Assembly (NCBI RefSeq): GCF_000196355.1
Contig: NC_007614.1
Coordinates: 630,001 to 662,000 of the forward strand
Direction: 5' to 3'
DNA length: 32,000 nt
Source: Nitrosospira multiformis ATCC 25196
GTDB taxonomy: Bacteria; Pseudomonadota; Gammaproteobacteria; Burkholderiales; Nitrosomonadaceae
Part shown: positions 29,743-32,000 of the stretch, piece by piece
Layout of the letters: the number at the start of each line of letters is the position of its first letter
How positions within the stretch are numbered: the stretch's first letter is position 1
The notes under the pieces: model-generated
What the model saw: only the letters and a program-made list of their open reading frames with translations
What the model was told of the DNA's origin: nothing
The model's database searches: none
Translations under genes and position numbers: made by a program

Positions 29743-29861
29743 GATTGTCCGGCTCTCCTGCCTGTCACTCTTGCGGTTATCGCCACGGCTACTGCCCGGA
29801 ATGCCGGGACCCGCGAGCTTCTTATCGCATATCTCGCTATCGCTTGATGATCTGAGGCCCC

Positions 29862-30335
29862 TCATTTGAGTCTCATCACAGATGTTTTGGGATCAGAGGG
29901 AAGATGACGGCTGTAAATCGACGTCTCCCCCTGTTTGTTAATCAGAAGTACATCGTACGGATCATTACGCTCGCCTTCCATTCCAGGGGAACCGTGCGGC
30001 ATGCCGGGAGCAGTCAGGCCGAGGGCGCGCGGACGCTCCCTCAGAAGTCGTTTGACATCTTGTGCAGGTACGTGTCCTTCAATTGCATAGCCATCGACCA
30101 ACGCAGTGTGACATGAACCGAGGGCAGGGGCGATGCCCGCCTGCTCACGGGCTTCCTTGTTGCCTACATCATGCGTGTTCACGGTAAATCCGTTGGCACG
30201 CATATGATCGACCCACTTTGCGCAGCACTTGCAGGTGGAACTTTTATAAACGTCAACCGTTGCGGAGGCATGAGCGCCGCCCGCAAAGGCAGCAAACATG
30301 ATTCCAGCCAATACTGCATGTCTCGATATTTTCAT
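29862..30335 (-). CDS. DUF411-family periplasmic metal-binding protein
   Basis: Signal peptide MKISRHAVLAGIMFAAFAGGAHA, then VDVYKSSTCKCCAKWVDHMRANGF...GSCHTALVDGYAIEGHVPAQDVKRLL. Its ATG overlaps the TGA of the upstream cupredoxin gene. Confidence 0.9.
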   Translation of the reverse strand: MKISRHAVLAGIMFAAFAGGAHASATVDVYKSSTCKCCAKWVDHMRANGFTVNTHDVGNKEAREQAGIAPALGSCHTALVDGYAIEGHVPAQDVKRLLRERPRALGLTAPGMPHGSPGMEGERNDPYDVLLINKQGETSIYSRHLPSDPKTSVMRLK

Positions 30336-30796
30336 TTCGCTCCTACTGTGATTGTGCCTTTCATGCCTGGGAAATTCATACCTTTGAAGTGGCCGGGCAG
30401 CGGGCAGGCAAAATTTACTGTGCCTGCTTCCGTAAAATGCCACACCAGCTCCCCGGTCTGCCCCGGCTCGACCGAGACCATATCCGGCTGATCCGGGTGC
30501 GCATGGTCAGGGTGTTTTTTTAGCATTTTACCATGCTTGTCAATTTCTTCCGCAGTGCCGATCATCATCTCGTGCTTTTTCTTGCCTAGGTTCGTGATCA
30601 GAAATTTTATGGTTTCACCTTGTTTCACCTTGATCGCGTCAGGTTTGAAGCGGTTATCCACCGCAGTTATTTCAACCGTCCGGGAAACCTGGCTGGAGTC
30701 GCCCGGCTTCCCCAGGGCTTCCGTGTCCTCCTGAGCAAGGGTGTCGATCGAAACCAGGCCGAGGCTTAAAGCAGATGCGATCAGAAACTTCTTCAT
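30332..30796 (-). CDS. Secreted cupredoxin-family copper protein
   Basis: Signal peptide MKKFLIASALSLGLVSIDTLAQ, GETIKFLITNLGKKKHEMMIG, and type 1 copper-site-like CPLPGHFKGMNFPGMKGTITV. Confidence 0.88.
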   Translation of the reverse strand: MKKFLIASALSLGLVSIDTLAQEDTEALGKPGDSSQVSRTVEITAVDNRFKPDAIKVKQGETIKFLITNLGKKKHEMMIGTAEEIDKHGKMLKKHPDHAHPDQPDMVSVEPGQTGELVWHFTEAGTVNFACPLPGHFKGMNFPGMKGTITVGAK

Positions 30797-30971
30797 GAGA
30801 TTTTCTCCTTTCTATGCGAGGTCCCGCTTAACCCTCATCAAGCGGTGGTCTTTTTATTCTTCTTGCAAGTCCAATATAGCAAAGAAATATCCACTTGCCG
30901 CGATAGACTGAAAAGGCGGTTTTGGAGTTCCGCAAGCATCCTGTTGTCTCCGCTTTTCGTATATAGCAATT

Positions 30972-31943
30972 TCACCGCAGCCATCCCTTGCGTTTTATGT
31001 ATATAAGTGGCAGCAGTGCAGCCGATACCGTCAGGCCCATTGAATAGATGAACCCGTATTCCCACGCGAGTTCCGGCATTACAGCAAAGTTCATGCCGTA
31101 AAAGGTGCCCACCAGCGTAGGCGGCAGGAAGACCGCGGTGATGATGGTGAAGACCTTGACGATCTGGTTTTGTTTGATGTTGAGAATATTCGTGACTGCA
31201 TTCTGCAGATACCGCACCTTCTCGTGCTCGAAGTAGGCATGTTCCTTTACGCCAGCCACGTCTTCGGCCAGCTCCGTAGTCAATACCTGGAGTTCTGCCT
31301 CGGTCACGTTATCGATTTCGCCACTCAAGTAACGCACGGTGCGCGCCAGCGACAACTGGGCTTCCAGGCAGCGCGAAATAATGTCTTCCCTTTCATTCAG
31401 GTCTTGCATGGTTTCGATCAGATCGGGCACCCCCAGTTCCCTGCCCTGCGCGTTGTATCCATCCGATATTTCGGAAATCTCTTCTGCGCTTCGCTCCAGT
31501 TCATCCGCGAGACGATCTATTACTGTATCCGCGCTGTCATTAGCTACCTGCAACAATAATCGAAGTACCGATTTCGGATTCCGGCCATGACTCGGCCTGC
31601 GATTCATGCGCTGCAATGCTGTATCGAACGGGTGAAAATCGGGGTCCTGGCAGAGAATCGCAACCAGTTGCTCGCCCAGCATGAAAGTTACATCACCAAA
31701 GCTCGGCGTCCCGTTGCTGCCCAGACGGAGGAGTTTGGCGCGCATGTACATGAAGGTTCCATCATCGAAAACGCTGCCTGCCTGTCGTGTGGTGTCGATG
31801 CCGAAGCGCTGCTTCAGACACACAATGTCCTCGGGCGTCGGCGCATTGATCTCCAGCCAGACAACATGCTCATCGCCCTCCCGCCGCGGCAGGCCGTGAA
31901 TGATGCAGAGTGAGTGATTATCCTTCACAACACTGCGAATCAT
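30972..31943 (-). CDS. corA: CorA-family magnesium/cobalt transporter
   Basis: C-terminal IITAVFLPPTLVGTFYGMNFAVMPELAWEYGF with GMN motif; AAGGAGGG ribosome-binding site upstream. Confidence 0.95.
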   Translation of the reverse strand: MIRSVVKDNHSLCIIHGLPRREGDEHVVWLEINAPTPEDIVCLKQRFGIDTTRQAGSVFDDGTFMYMRAKLLRLGSNGTPSFGDVTFMLGEQLVAILCQDPDFHPFDTALQRMNRRPSHGRNPKSVLRLLLQVANDSADTVIDRLADELERSAEEISEISDGYNAQGRELGVPDLIETMQDLNEREDIISRCLEAQLSLARTVRYLSGEIDNVTEAELQVLTTELAEDVAGVKEHAYFEHEKVRYLQNAVTNILNIKQNQIVKVFTIITAVFLPPTLVGTFYGMNFAVMPELAWEYGFIYSMGLTVSAALLPLIYIKRKGWLR

Positions 31944-32000
31944 GATGAACCCTCCTTGTTGGGGTGTGGTACCACTCGAGGCTTCACGCTCGAAGCTTCA

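Noticed and set aside
1-32000. Searched by eye for CRISPR arrays, tRNA/rRNA genes, retrons, toxin-antitoxin pairs and phage genes
   Set aside because: None seen. The gaps between genes are short and lack regularly spaced repeats or cloverleaf sequences, though small noncoding RNAs cannot be excluded without computation.

Overview
The window is mostly conserved chromosomal housekeeping DNA from a betaproteobacterium. Phosphoribulokinase and the overall gene content suggest an autotroph, possibly Nitrosomonadaceae (Nitrosospira-like), but that is inference. The left ~2 kb is accessory. It holds an AT-richer open frame with no recognised homology that runs off the left edge (1-680, minus), then an apparently intact IS3-family element (~823-2046) with orfA, orfB and a correctly phased T_TTT_TTA frameshift heptamer. 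After that come: YgjP-like metallopeptidase, plsC, gmhB, glyS, glyQ, lnt and an orphan histidine kinase on minus; M23 peptidase and anmK on plus; erpA, bactofilin, a coiled-coil membrane protein, argC, rpsI and rplM on minus; prk and a uvrD-like helicase on plus; a BPSS1780-like membrane protein, thrB, DUF2782 and a LOG-family protein on minus; polA and rpsP-rimM-trmD-rplS on plus; then a minus-strand cupredoxin/DUF411/lipoprotein cytochrome c group and corA. I saw no CRISPR array, tRNA or rRNA gene, or obvious defence system. I found no convincing previously undescribed system. The best candidates for follow-up are the left-edge unknown protein next to the IS and the cupredoxin-DUF411-cytochrome c group.
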